The notes: generated by a model from the letters alone, not told the origin. DNA of 64,000 bases from Octopus sinensis (GCF_006345805.1 NC_043012.1:56234001-56298000), one strand, 5' to 3'. Counted from the stretch's first letter, positions 51,126 through 64,000 are shown. Made by a program: numbers and translations.

Positions 51126-53236
51126 CAAGCCAGTAGCATAGAACCATCTCAAAGACAAGATAGTCCTCATTTGTGGTGCAATCACACCTGGAGAATTTCC
51201 TCAAGCCGTATCAATTATTCAGTTACAATGAGGATTGTCATTGAACAAAATGAAAATCTGATTGAATATTATCATAACAACAAACTTCTCTGAAAAATAC
51301 TAAAATATACCTGTTTTTATATTCTATTAGCTATGATAGATTATTGTTTTAACATCATTCATTTGTTTTACATCCATTTTTCCATACCAGCATGGATTAG
51401 ATGAATATGTTGTTGAGGCATTGTTTTACAACGGAATGCCCTTCTTGACACCAACTCTTCTTGTTCGTAAAAAATAAGAAATTTCTTATTCTACATGGCT
51501 TTGGAGGCACAAGGCAAGTCAGCAAGTAACAACCAATCTTATAATTTGAGAATATTTTTCTTTAGATAGTAAACCTCTCTGCCTAGTTTGATAAAATGTT
51601 TCACTTTTAAATTTGTTGTTCATTTAGCTTATCTGGTGTTTTAAGAATTACCTATTTGTCTGGACACACTACACATAATGTTTTGAGTGTGCCTTCATTT
51701 AAACTGAGGATTTAATTGCTATATTTTATGGTTTTCAGTCTTTCAGGTGTCTAATTCACTTATTCAGATATTTGCATGTTTATATATATACCTATAAATT
51801 TTCATTAGTCAGCCTTGTTTGATTGGTCAAGCTGTTTTGATAATTGGTTATATAGCTAACATTGCTTACCACAGTATTGCTGCTGTCTTGTCATCCTTTT
51901 ACTTAATCATCCTCTCTGTAACATCAACCAATTTTTCAATAGGAATCAATTTTGATGTCTGCACTGGGATATGATCTCATTTAACCAATCGATAATGGTA
52001 ATGATATTGTATTTCTCTGTAATGCACACTGGGTACTTCCTAAAACCAGTTGAATTGGGTGTCACACTTTTATTTAAAAGGATGAATGAGGCAATAAAAA
52101 TTACATCCAGTCCAAAAATTTACAGACATCTTTGAATTTATTTCTTACAAATAGTTTGGCTGGTGTAAGAATAATTGTATGCCCTTTTACATATATTCAC
52201 ACACACACATTCATTTAAAACTGATGGTTTGTCTGCTGCTCAAGTCAGGAGACTAAATCAGATATCAAAATAGTTACAGTCTTGTATGTGCCTATCATTC
52301 ACACTGGTCAGCCTGTTTTTATTAGTCAGTCTATTTTAGTAGTTGACTGTAATCTATTGAGTGGATACATATTGTGTGCTGCTACCTTGTCACTACAACA
52401 TCAATAGTATGTTTTCCCTCCCTGCAACTCCAACAGATTTTTTTGTCAATATGAATTGATTTTGATGTCTGCCCTGAGAAACAATCTCATTTCTCCCACT
52501 GATATTGTGTATTTTTCTGTTGGGCATCCTGGGTACTTCTCAGAACTATGCACATAAGAAGTGGTACAGTTATTTTTAAAAACTGGCAAGAGGGAAATGC
52601 CCAGGGATGTATGCTGCATGAGATATGTTTTGAAAATTACAGTTTTAATGATATAATGAGAACAGTCATCCAAACCACCAATTCTGCTTGGAAATGAATA
52701 ATTTAGATAATTACAAAAGGAGTAATTTTGGTGGGTATTACATCAAGTATTTTGATACCCACTTTACTATAATCTATTATTGTGAAGTTTATATGTTAAT
52801 ATTTTTCTGCTTTGGGTTTCAATTGTGCATAGCAAAGATAGTGCATTCTTTTCATATACATTGCAAGATGAGGGTATATGCTGTGTATTTCTAACTTAAA
52901 AGTTCTACACATTACCCTGATGTAGTTTTCATTGATAATTACATCTTGCACATAAAAAAGCACCTTTTGAGCATTGGGCCTCATGGATGCAAAGACAAAT
53001 GACTGAGACCTTTGGCAATATGCTGTGCTTGAGAAGAAACCCATCGTGCTAAGTGAAATCATAGTTGTGGTAGATATTGGTTGCACACAACTGGCACCCA
53101 TGCTGGTAGCATGCAAAAGCACCCATTACACTGTTGGAGTAGTTAATGTTAGGAAGGACATCCAGCTGTAGAAACCATGCCAAATCAGACTGGAGTCTGG
53201 TGCAGCCTCTGGTCAAACTGTCCAACAGTCATTAAA

Positions 53237-53274
<38 letters not shown>

Positions 53275-55149
53275 CTACACACCTACACACACCAAGTATG
53301 TTACTGATCTGTTTCTGTTGTATCTCTTTTCAGTCATGAGCTGTGGGTTACTAGCTATTTGGTTCTCATTCTAAATGGTATGCTATTTGTTCTATATGTA
53401 AGTGCAGCTAACTTTTCTCATCTTCATACTAAAGAACTTATACTACTTATTGTGAGCTGGAAAATGTTTCATAAGATTTTACATTACATTTAGGCTGAAG
53501 GGTAGGTTAAATGACAGAGGTTTTTATTTGTTTTACATTAGGCATATAACTTCATGTTTCTGTTTTATGAATTTATTACAGAATTATGGATCTTAGCAGT
53601 TCTTTGTTAAGTTCTCTATAGGCATAGTGCTTTCCTGTGTTTAAGTTCTGAGGTTGAATTTCTTGAAAGTATTTGTTGAGTCTTTCCTTAACTTAAAAAT
53701 TCTTGCTTATTCATGTTTTAGGAAACTGATAGGCGATCATCTCTGAGTAACCTCATCTCAAGGTGGTTGAATATACTTATGTAGAATTCTCAGTAAGTGA
53801 AGTCCCATTAGTTCACATAATTTGGCTCCATAATAGTTCTAACTACTTACATCCAAAAGCTCTTCATTGACATATTTTACTTGAGGGAATTTCATAGAAA
53901 AGTTAGTGTTTATTGATTGTTGATGGTAGGGGTCTTTTCATAAATTCTAGTTTTTATCAGAAATTTTCCAATTTACAGGTAAAAATCTATTTTGTCAAAG
54001 TGGGTAAAATATCTGTAACTCCGTTCTTTGTTCAGTTGAACCAGCTAATAACAGATGTGCTATAGACCCATTCCTTTTAACTTAGGCTTTAGTTTGATTT
54101 GGAAATTGATCTCTTCTAAAATGTTTTAGATTTTTTTCTTATATGAGCATCAAGGGAGCCTCTGTCTACATGGTCATTTGACCTGTAGAAATAGTATTCA
54201 AATCTTCAAATTATGTCCTACAGTCTTGAAACCAGAAGGTCATATTTGAGAGAGTGGTAAGGTAGTCATGGCTGGAAGTTCTTTAATCAGAGATTTATGA
54301 AGTTAGTGTTAATTTGGTGCTAAACAACACTTGAAAATAATAGTGTTGTCACTGCTTATTGTTTAAATTTACGTCATTATTCTATCCATCTACAACTAGG
54401 TTGACAATGAACCAACAAGAGTTAATTGTCATCTCAATGAGAAGTGCAATAATCAACATCATAGTCTCAACATGATCCATTCACTTAATGATCCCATCAC
54501 CACATCTCTCTCTCTCTCTCTAATTATATAAATACTTCTTAGACATACTAACAAGTACAATATATCAATTAGCTCACAGTTTTGAGGGTAGGATTTAAAA
54601 TTTGAAAATTCTAAATTGAATAATTCACAATTACCTGGACTCAAATTTGGCAGGATTTAATATCTCTCTAAGCATGTTATTATGATAATTAAAATAATTC
54701 GGCTTACAAATTAATTTGAGAATGATTTAATATTAATGACATTAAGAACATCAAATAAACATAAAATTGAAAAACTTAAAATAAAGGGCTTGAATTTGAA
54801 CAGATGTTGAAAAGTTTGGGATTATCTCTAAATATATTCCTGAATGATTATGTCATCAAATCAAAAGAATTAATTCTATTAATGAAATAATTTAATGAAA
54901 TTCAGCTTCTAACAGCAATCTCATTTTTTGGTTTGTTTGAGTTGGCCTGCTTTGATCAAGCAACAAATCTCGAATGAAAGGCATTCTAGCTATGATCCAC
55001 TTAGCTTTCAATTATCCATCCATTTTTCTTGCTGTCCCACTATTCATTGGGAGAATTATGAGGGGAGAGTCTTCAGGCACCCCTTCCATTAGGGTGCTAT
55101 CATTAAACTTCCCTGTTGGATTCCAAAGCATGACCAACTAAGAGACTAT

Positions 55150-55330
55150 GGATATTATCTAATCATGTTGTTCAAGGTCTACTCCCAAGTCTCTTGCTGG
55201 TTGACTTGGCTTGAAGAATTTTTATTGCAATTCTTTCCTGTGGCAGTCTAACCACATATCTATAGGGCCAGAGCTGTGACTTCTCAATGCAGAGAGTTAG
55301 AGGCTTGATCTGGAAAAACTCCCTAGTCTC
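55150..55330 (-). mobile_element. Decayed RTE-like LINE C-terminal fragment
   Basis: EKSQLWPYRYVVRLPQERIAIKILQAKSTSKRLGSRP resembles the RLRW.GHV.RM...R...K....G.R..GRP motif. Confidence 0.5.
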
Positions 55331-58073
55331 TGAGCTTTTATTTTTTTCCCCCCGCATGAGAGACACTTGTATGCTATTTTTTGCAAATCAAGCTACTGCA
55401 GAGAGACTCACAAGATTAACTTGTGTACATGAAACCAAAGGTTATGTATTCTATCAACAGGTATCCAGTGCAATATCAAATATGCCACATATTCTCATTA
55501 ATTATAGAACTTGTGACAATGTTCTTTCATTATGTCTTTCAAAACTAATAATACCTGGTGCAGAGTCACTGCCAACAGGAATACTGTAAAAATATCCTTT
55601 TGGTGTTCACAGCTGTAGCATCCTGCTTGAGAAACTTGGGAGACACCAATATTAGTCTATTAAATCAACCTCAGGATGTAACTGTTAGCGTATTTAATCA
55701 ACCTCTGAAAGGATGGAAAACAAGGTTGATTTTGGTGGAATGGAACTGAGCATAGAGTCATTAGTCCTTTGTGGTGCTTGTTCCATCTCTCTCTGTATTC
55801 TAAGTTCACATCCTGCCACGGTCAACTTAGCCTTTTATTCTTTCAAAGTTGATAGAAAAAGAATCAATCCATGAGGTTGGATTAGCAGAACTGTTAAACA
55901 GTCAGACCAGATTCTAGTGGTATTTGTCCCAGTTCTTTGCAATCACATCCCCCTACAAAAGCCTACTCAATCACCCAGTTTTACACCACCACCTGATACT
56001 TTGAATGTCTTTAGCAGAATCCCTTCTGTTGCAAGCATTCAGAACAGGTTTCAAATTTAAGGATACTTTCCTCACCTGACTAAAGTATTTTATCCAAAGT
56101 CTTAATGATTTTGCCAATCAACTATATTGGTCAAACCAATCTATTTATGCGTTTGTTAAAATATTAATACTGCTGAAAGATTTTAGCCTAAGGTGTTTAT
56201 AAAATAAGCCTGAGAGTTGTTCAAGCACATAAATTCAGTAAACCACACCAAATTTTTAAAGTATAGGGATTAAAGCAAAAATATTTATGCATTTTATTCT
56301 TGCATATTCTGATAATTTAGGTAATTAATATTCTAAAATTAAATTGCTTATAATGCAATCAAATCAGAATTTGAATTTTGACGTAATTAGGGCACATGGC
56401 ACTTGCTTTTTTATTTTTCCTTAATTTTTGTTCTTTTTCTCTTGCATTTTTACCTTTTATTACAAATCATGTATATGGTATATATATATATATATATCAA
56501 ACAAAGATTGGATAATAAAATTATCAACTGATAAGCATTCCTTGAAACAATACCTCAAAATCTTTCACTCACTACTCATTCATGCTATTTTTTAAGAACA
56601 TATTTCTTTAAATCATAACCATTAACAGAAAATTTGTCTTGATAGTTTTCTCAACAAAATATGAGTATATGGGCCTTTCGTTGTTTTTTTTCCTCCAGTA
56701 AACATTTACCTCATAGAGAAATATTTAAAGTATCATTAGGTTCAGGTTGTTTTGTTTGTTTTTTATGTGCGTGAATTCAGTTGCTCTCTGGGAATTTTTA
56801 AGGTTTTGTTTAATCTAGTCATTTGTTTTTACACAAGTCTAAAGTTGACATCCACCCCGAGTAAGTTAGGCTCTTATATAAATTAATTGGAGATATGTGG
56901 ATAGTGGTTTAATATAAGTACTAAATTCACTGGAACCAGTCTTATTTTCACAGCCGAGAGATGGTTGTCTCCTATGCAACGATTATCATAAAAATAATAT
57001 AATTTGAAAAAAGAAAAGAAAAAAATAGCATTTTCAAATTTTCAATTTAAGCCCACTCAGCCAATGTCATACTGAAACACTTTACAAAACAAAATATTAA
57101 TAGTTTATAACTTCTTATAAACTATTAAATTTTTTTCCCTCATATTAATATTTTTAATTATGTGAACATTTACTAATTGCATTTGTAATGTCATGCCGAA
57201 ACAAATTTTTTTTTTCTCAAATGTAAGGCAAATATATCATTTCTTTTTTTTTTTTTTTTGAAAACTTTTTTTTTTGTTTCCTCATCAAAATCACTATCAT
57301 GTATATCATTTAATGTGTGATGCTGTCAACTTATTCAAACTCAAAAGATAACTATTTTTTTTTCCTTTTTTTAAAGAATATATGAAGAATTTGAAATATG
57401 ATCCCAATAACATGTGAATAAAAATACCCAGTTCCCTTTGTTATCTTTGTGTTTTCATTGTTTATTATCATTATTACTAAGGCAATGAGCTGGCAGAATC
57501 ATTAGCATGCGAGGCAAAACGCTTAGTGGCATTTTGTCTGCATTTACATTCTGAGTTCAAATTCCACTGAAGCCAACTTTGCCTTTCATACTTTTAGGGG
57601 TCAATAAAATAAATACCAGTTGAGCACTGGGGTTGATGTAATCGACTTCTCCTCTCCACAAAAATTGCTGGCCTTGTACCAACATTTGAAATTATTATTA
57701 CCACAGAATGCAAAAAGGCAAGGAGCTAGCTCAATTGCTATAACATCAGAAAAAAATACCTTGCAGTATTTCTTCTGGCTCTTCATGTACTGAGTTCAAA
57801 TCCTACCATGGTCAACTTTTCCTTACAAACTTTTGGGCTTGAGAAAATAAAGTGCTAGTTAAGTACCAGAGTCTATGTAATCTCCTCAGAAGTGCTGGTC
57901 TTTTGTTAAGTCAAGAACCATTACTGTGAAGAGCAGTGTCTTGACAGAACCGTTAGAGCTTAAAACAAAATGTTTAGTGACATTTCTGCCAGCTCTTTAC
58001 TTTCTGAGTTCAAATCCAAATTCAATTTTGTGTTTTACCCTTCCAAGGTTGATAAAATAAAGTACCACTCAAG

Positions 58074-58472
58074 TACTCTTTTATTTGTTTCAGTCATTTG
58101 ACTGCAGCCATGGTGGAGCACCACCTTTAGTCAAGCAAATCGACCCCAGGACTTATTCTTTGTAAGCCTGGTACTTATTCTATCAGTCTCTTTTGCCGAA
58201 CCGCTATGTTACGGGGAAGTAAACACACCAGCATCAGTTGTCAAGCGATATTGGGGTGACAGACACACAAGCATACACACACATATATATAATTATAAAC
58301 ATATATACGACGGGCTTCTTTCAGTTTCCGTCAACCAAATCCACTGACAAGGCTTTGGTCGGCCCAAGACTATAGTAGAAGACACTTGCCCAAGGTGCCA
58401 CGCAGTGGGACTGAACCCAGAACCATGTGGTTGGTAAGCAAGGTACTTACCACACAGCCACTCTTGTGCCTA
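58074..58472 (-). mobile_element. SINE family A
   Basis: Reverse complement, near consensus. Confidence 0.85.
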
Positions 58473-59631
58473 TACTGGGAAAATTTAATTAACTATTCTT
58501 CTCCAAATTTCAGATCTTGTGCCTATATTAGAAACAATTACGGATGCTGGACAGGCAGAATTGTTAGAGCAAAAGACAAAATGCCAAGTAGTGTTTAGTT
58601 ACAAGCTTTTACATTCTGAACTGACTAAAGTGGATTTGGTAGACAGAAACTGAAAGAAGCACATCACATAAGACTAATCACAAAATGCTGAGCCTTACGA
58701 AAATAGCAAAGAACCAAGATTGTTGTACTCAAGGAGACCTGTACTCTACTATAGAATTTATATCCTAAAACTACAGTGCCATGTAAAAGGCACCCGGTAC
58801 ACTTTGTAAAGAGGTTGGCATAAGGAAGGGAAACCAAGCCAAAACAACTCTGGAATCTCGCGTGGCCCCTAGCCATACTAGTTCCAGTCAAGTTGTCCAA
58901 CCCATGCCAGCATGGAAAACAGACAATAAATGATGATGTGTGTGTGCCCTTATCTTGTAACGGTCATAAATGAGCATCACTGTCATACAAGTGGTGTTTG
59001 TTTCCATTCTTCCATGAAAAACATCTGGTCATGGGGAAAATAATATCTTGTTTGAAAACAGAAAAGGGATGGTAATAGGAAGGGCATCTAGCTGTTGAAA
59101 ATCTGTCTCAACAAATTCCACCTGAACCCCTACAAGCATTGAAAAGAGGATATTAAATGATGATGATGATAAAAAAAATGTGTAGCAAATTGAGAAGAGA
59201 ATAACTTCTCTAAGTGCTGGTTCAATGATAAAATGAGCCCAGGACATGCTCAAAATTATAGTAGGTATAAAGAGAAACAGCTAGCAAAGGAGACCATTTG
59301 AAAATGGAACATGAACAAGATATCTAGCTAATAAATCTTGCTCAAACATTGTTTGCACTTACAGTTTCTGCTTGATCAGAGTATCCATGTGACCTGAACT
59401 GATAAATGGTAGACCAAATATTCTCTTCTTTCTGACTCTATACATCTGAAGAAGTGGAGGAGTTCCATGCCCACAAACCTTCAATTAATTTGGAGCATAG
59501 TCAAGCTCTTGTTAATTACATACAACTCCAGATGAATGTGCTGAGTGCTGCTCTCTTTAATTTGTTCACCTAATCCTATATTCATTCATTTTTACATCCA
59601 TTTTTCCATGCTAGAATAGGCAAGATGAATA

Positions 59632-59897
59632 ATAAATAAATAAAAATAAATGCGCCCTTTTTAAAGCCTAGCCAGGCTCATGGGCCCAGTTTCCCAGTTT
59701 CTATAGCATATGTGTTCCCCAGCTGGACGGGACACCAGTCCATCGCAGCGTTATTCATTTTTGCCAGCTGAGTGGACTGGAGCAACGTGAAATGAAGTGT
59801 TTTGCTCAAGAACACAACGCATCGCCCAGTCCAGGAATCAAAACCAATCTTACGATCATGGTGCTGACACCCTAACCACTAAGCCACGCACCTCCAC
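59632..59897 (-). mobile_element. tRNA-derived SINE with V-domain-like core and target-site duplication
   Basis: Minus strand: gtggcttagtggttaggg A box, core gcgatggactggtgtcccgtccag (V-SINE-like, from memory), (TTTA)n tail; 14-bp TSD aggcaagatgaata (59618-59631, 59898-59911); older copy ~7960-8170. Confidence 0.78.
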
Positions 59898-60156
59898 AGG
59901 CAAGATGAATATTGAAGCCTTATTTTACTACCAGATGCCCTACCTGTTGCGAACTCTAATCTGTTTTTTTTTAAGTAAGGTATTCCTTATTTCACACAGC
60001 TTTGAAGTTGTGAAGCAAGTAGACAATTTATTGATCGCTGAAGTGAAAACAACACAAATGTAAACAACCACAAAGACACACGTATGCTATGCAGAGATAT
60101 ATTTAAGTTTTTACAAAAAATATTTGATACAGCCACAAAATAGTTAATGACTTTAC

Positions 60157-60424
60157 CCTTTTACTTGTTTCAGCCATTTGACTGTGGCCATGCTGGAGCA
60201 CCGCCTTTAGTTGAGTAAATCGACCCCAGGACTTATTCTTTGAAAGCCTAGTACTTATTCTATCAGTCTCTTTTGCCATTCCACTAAGTTACGGGGACGT
60301 AAACACACCAGCATCGGTTGTCAAGCAATGTTGGGGGAGGGGGGGAACAAACACAGACACACACATACATCATCATCACCATCATAGTTCAACATCCGTT
60401 TTCCATGCTAGCATGGGTTGGACG

Positions 60425-60458
<34 letters not shown>

Positions 60459-60576
60459 CATATATACGACGGGCTTCTTTCAGTTTCCGTCTACCAAATC
60501 CACTCATGCAGTGGGACTGAACCCGGGACCATGTGGTTTGTAAGCAAGCTACTTACCACACAGCCACTCCTATGCC
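60157..60576 (-). mobile_element. SINE family A with nested RTE-LINE 3' tip (~60368-60425)
   Basis: Family A interrupted by catcatcat...ttccatgctagcatgggttggacg within its microsatellite. Confidence 0.78.
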
Positions 60577-61060
60577 TTTAAAAAGAGATTTTCTTTATAT
60601 ATATATATATACACATACACACACACACATACACACAATGGGCTCCTTTAGATTTCCATCTAACAAATTCACTGACAAGGATTGGTTGGCTCTGAGCTAT
60701 AGTAGATGCTCAAAATGCTGCACAGTGGGAATGAATCTGAAACCACATGCGTGAATGCAAATTTCATAACTAAACACCCATGCCTGTATTTATGTGTGTA
60801 TATATATATATATTTCATTATTAGTGATGGATGCAGTATTAATTCAGAATAGCATTCTGTATATTATAACATGGATATTTTCTAAGAAAACCAGAAGTGC
60901 AGTATTCGCCTTGAAAAAGCATTACAAATGTATAGTGCTAAAAAGCACAGCAGTGGTAGTTGAATTGCTATACAACTATACAAGATGAATACCACAGTGT
61001 TGTGGCTTTCTTATAGCATATCCACATTAATATATACAGAATGATATATATATATATATA

Positions 61061-61297
61061 CCGGAGTAAACACATAAATGTGAAACAAGGTGGAAAAAAG
61101 AGTACTCAAATACCAGTGGTAGAGTAATATGCTTTATTTAAAGCAGCAGAAAATTCAACAAAACCTGTTACTCTGAGTTTCACGTTGCCGTTCATCGGAC
61201 AGTTTTTGCTAGAATTCTAGCCAAAACTGTCCGACGAACGGCAATGTGAAACTCAGAGTAACAGGTTTTGTTGAATTTTCTGCTGCTTTAAATAAAG
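61061..61297. mobile_element. Fold-back element with hammerhead-like motif (Penelope pLTR-like)
   Basis: 83-bp arms 61132-61297, no loop (centre GAATTC), 3 mismatches; long arm ends at (TA)n. Confidence 0.7.
61165..61202 (-). ncRNA. Minimal hammerhead-like motif (CCGAUGA variant); mirror copy on + at 61227-61264
   Basis: CUGU-CCGAUGA-ACG GCAA CGU-GAA-ACUC A GAGU-A|ACAG: stem I 4 bp, GNRA-capped stem II, quasi-palindromic stem III. Confidence 0.5.
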
Positions 61298-61876
61298 TGT
61301 ATGCATGTATGTATGTATATAATCAAATCAAATAAATAAATATTAAAAATAAAATAACAAACAATAAGAGGACATGCACACAGAATTAAAAAGTAAGAGT
61401 TTTAGACACACACGCAGAACGATCTGTGTGTGTGTTCATAATAGGGACAAGCAGGGCTACATGATTAAGAATTTTACTCGCAACCACTTAATTTTGGGTT
61501 TAATCCCAGCTTGGGCAAGTGTCTTCTATTACAGCCTTAGGTTGACCAATGCCTTGTAAGTTAAATTTCATAGATACAAACTGTACAGAAGCCAGTCAGT
61601 CATTACTCACACTCATATATGTATACATATGTAGATGAGTGTTTGTCCCTGCGTGACTTCATAATGATACCACTTGGGCAACAACGGTTTGTTTATATAC
61701 TGGATGAACAAAAAGTCTCGTAGCTTAGAGAATTAAGATTGAGAAAATGTGGAATAAAGTACCTGACTTGTAAACAAGGAGATTGGCATAAAAAAAAAAG
61801 AGCAGTACTACCTCAACATGCATTAACCATCCTATTCTGGCATGGAAAAAGAGAGGTAAAAACGTCAATGACGATA

Positions 61877-62254
61877 TCTTTATATATAAAAGTGAAGTTG
61901 TGTGTCTGTCTCCTACGATTTAGATTCCTAACTACTCCCACATTTTGCGGTGTAGTTTAACCAAAACCGGGTATCTTATAGTCGTGATTCATATCGAGCC
62001 CTTCTGGGTATTAGCATGAGTCTACGATTTTAAAAATAATTTACCATCATTTTTTTTTCATTTTAATGCATTTTTTCGCTATTATATAAGGGAAGTAACT
62101 CTCTAAAAATGTCTTCGATAAGTCAACGATTTTAAAAAAATTTACCATCATTTTTTAGTGCATTTATTTTGCTATTTTTTGGCTATAACTCTCTAAAAAT
62201 GCTTATATAGTTATTTCCCTTACAAACCCGAGCAACGCCAGGCGATACTGCTAG
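61877..62254 (+). mobile_element. Non-autonomous Helitron
   Basis: 5' A|TC(tttatatataaaag), 3' subterminal GC-rich imperfect hairpin cccgagcaacgccaggcg followed by CTAG|T; no TSD; internal duplicated AT-rich block. Confidence 0.8.
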
Positions 62255-62464
62255 TTCATATATATAGATGGACAGATGGAAAGAGAGAAAATCAAATACA
62301 AAAATACAAAAACCAGAAGTCCAAGAAACATTCACAATTGATTATTATTAGTTTGATGGTCAAAGAAGGAAAAAAGTTATGAAGTGAAAGTTGTAAAAAT
62401 GAAATAAGAAAGAAAGCTAGGATTTTTGAGTAATTCATGTGTTTAATATCTGTGTGTGTGTGTG

Positions 62465-62830
62465 TAGGAGCTTGGGTGTGGCTGTGTGGTAAGAAGTTTA
62501 CTTCCCAACCACATGGCTCCAAGTTCATTCCTGCTGCATGGCACCTTGAACAAGTGTCTCCTACTATAGCCCTGGGTTAACCAAAGTCCTGTGAGTGAAT
62601 TTTGTAGATGGAAACTGAATGAAGCCCATTGTATATGTGTGTTTGTGTTTGTTTGTCCCTCACCACTGTTTGACAACTGGTATTGGTGTGTTTACATCCC
62701 TATAACTTAGCAGTTCAGTAAGAGACCAAAAGAATATAAATACAAGCCTATAAAAACAAAGTCATTTGACTAAAAATTTTCAAAGCATTGCCCCAGCATT
62801 ACTATAGTCTAATAGATGAAACAAGTAAAA
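62465..62830 (+). mobile_element. SINE family A, diverged
   Basis: Recognisable head, core and tail. Confidence 0.75.
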
Positions 62831-63489
62831 AAGATAAAATACTGTATATATATATATATATATATATATAGTCTTTTACACACACATACTCCTACCAATA
62901 TGTAATCCCACCACTATTTATAGGATGATAGACAATGAAATGGTAAACTCACAGTGTGCTACAAAGGAAAAAATATGTTGTGTTCACACACAACAATCAG
63001 CTTACTCCTGTCTTCCTCACTATTTGAGAAAAATCATTGAAATTTTTTATGATGTCACGAAAACCCAGCACCGAAGAATAAAACCCTAATTTTACTGCAC
63101 CATAAACAATCACCTAGATACACTTACATTTGTCTCTTATTCAATGCTATTTCACACACACACACTGCTACTGTTATTTAAATTTTTAGGTCACAAAAAC
63201 CCAGCACTGAAGAACAAAGCTCTAATCTTGAATTCTCCCTGATTAATTCCGAAATAAACTAACTCAATCCTCTTATATTTGTCATCCATTCATTACCATT
63301 CCCTGCCACCACAGACTTTCCACAAATGAAAGTCTGTATCAACTGCAACAACAGTGACAGACTTCTCTACAGCACTTACTCCAATAGAATTACCTTAGAC
63401 TTAGCTATCTTTTTTCCTTTTCTATCAAGCTTAAATTTCCATTTATTGATCATGACAATAATTCTTCTCCAAAAAAAGCTTTTTTCCTT

Positions 63490-63790
63490 ACTTTTTACTT
63501 ATTTCAGTCATTGGACAACAGCCATGCCAGGTATATATTCTATCATTCTCTTTTGTCAAGCAGCTAAATTATGGGGATGTAATCAAATCAACACTGACAA
63601 GTGGTGGGGGTGGGACAAATACACACACACACAACTTGCACACAGCTTCCTTCGGTTGCTTTCTACCAAATCTACTCACAAGGCTTTGGTTGACCCAGAA
63701 CTATAGTATAGCTCGCCCAAAGTACTGCGAAGTGAGATTGATCCCAAGACCACATGGTCGGGAAGCAAGCTTCTCAATCACACAGTCATG
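63490..63790 (-). mobile_element. SINE family A, diverged
   Basis: Reverse-complement tail (atttcagtcatt) to head (ccacatggt..agcaagc). Confidence 0.65.
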
Positions 63791-64000
63791 GTTATTTTTT
63801 TAGTTATATTTTGTTTTACAACTTTAGTTAGATCCCTAAATGGCACTTTTAGTTACCATATAACTAAATGTGGACAACAATACAGACCCTGATATATAAA
63901 ATGATGGGCCAGTCACAACTGGAATATCTTTGGTTATAAGAATGGCTGATGCAAGACTAAGCATCAGTTCATAGTAGGCAATATGGACAAATGTCTTCTA

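Noticed and set aside
59440-59490. CUGAAGAA-GUGG..CCAC-AAAC as a hammerhead
   Set aside because: Lacks G12, and has no stem I complement or cleavage triplet.
16-63706. Most ORFs in the supplied six-frame track (e.g. the recurring ..[28 protein letters not shown].. peptides)
   Set aside because: They are translations of SINE copies and (TA)/(CA) microsatellites, with no splice-consistent or domain support.
44264-64000. A second protein-coding gene downstream
   Set aside because: I found no exon set with recognisable homology on either strand; only TE relics and unsupported splice-like signals.

Overview
AT-rich, microsatellite- and SINE-dense eukaryotic genomic DNA. The repeat families look like those of Octopus/coleoid cephalopods (recognition from memory, not a database hit). 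Most six-frame ORFs are repeat-derived noise. One protein-coding gene is supportable: the 3' 16 coding exons of a DENND6A/B (FAM116) orthologue on the + strand (2310-44263). All introns are GT-AG, phases are consistent, and the exons give 435 aa plus stop; the N-terminal exons lie upstream of the window. Introns and the ~20 kb downstream hold tRNA-derived SINEs, 5'-truncated RTE-type LINEs, mariner, hAT and piggyBac-type MITEs and a Helitron. The most interesting signal is a set of short elements carrying type I hammerhead-ribozyme-like folds. Three are long fold-back palindromes (20963-21173, 23803-24305, 61061-61297), one of them with a tRNA-derived Pol III head. Solo copies occur at ~20393 and ~30748. 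These resemble non-autonomous Penelope-like (pLTR) derivatives, and every intronic sense-strand copy departs from the canonical catalytic core. Ribozyme activity, taxon and family names are inferred, not tested.
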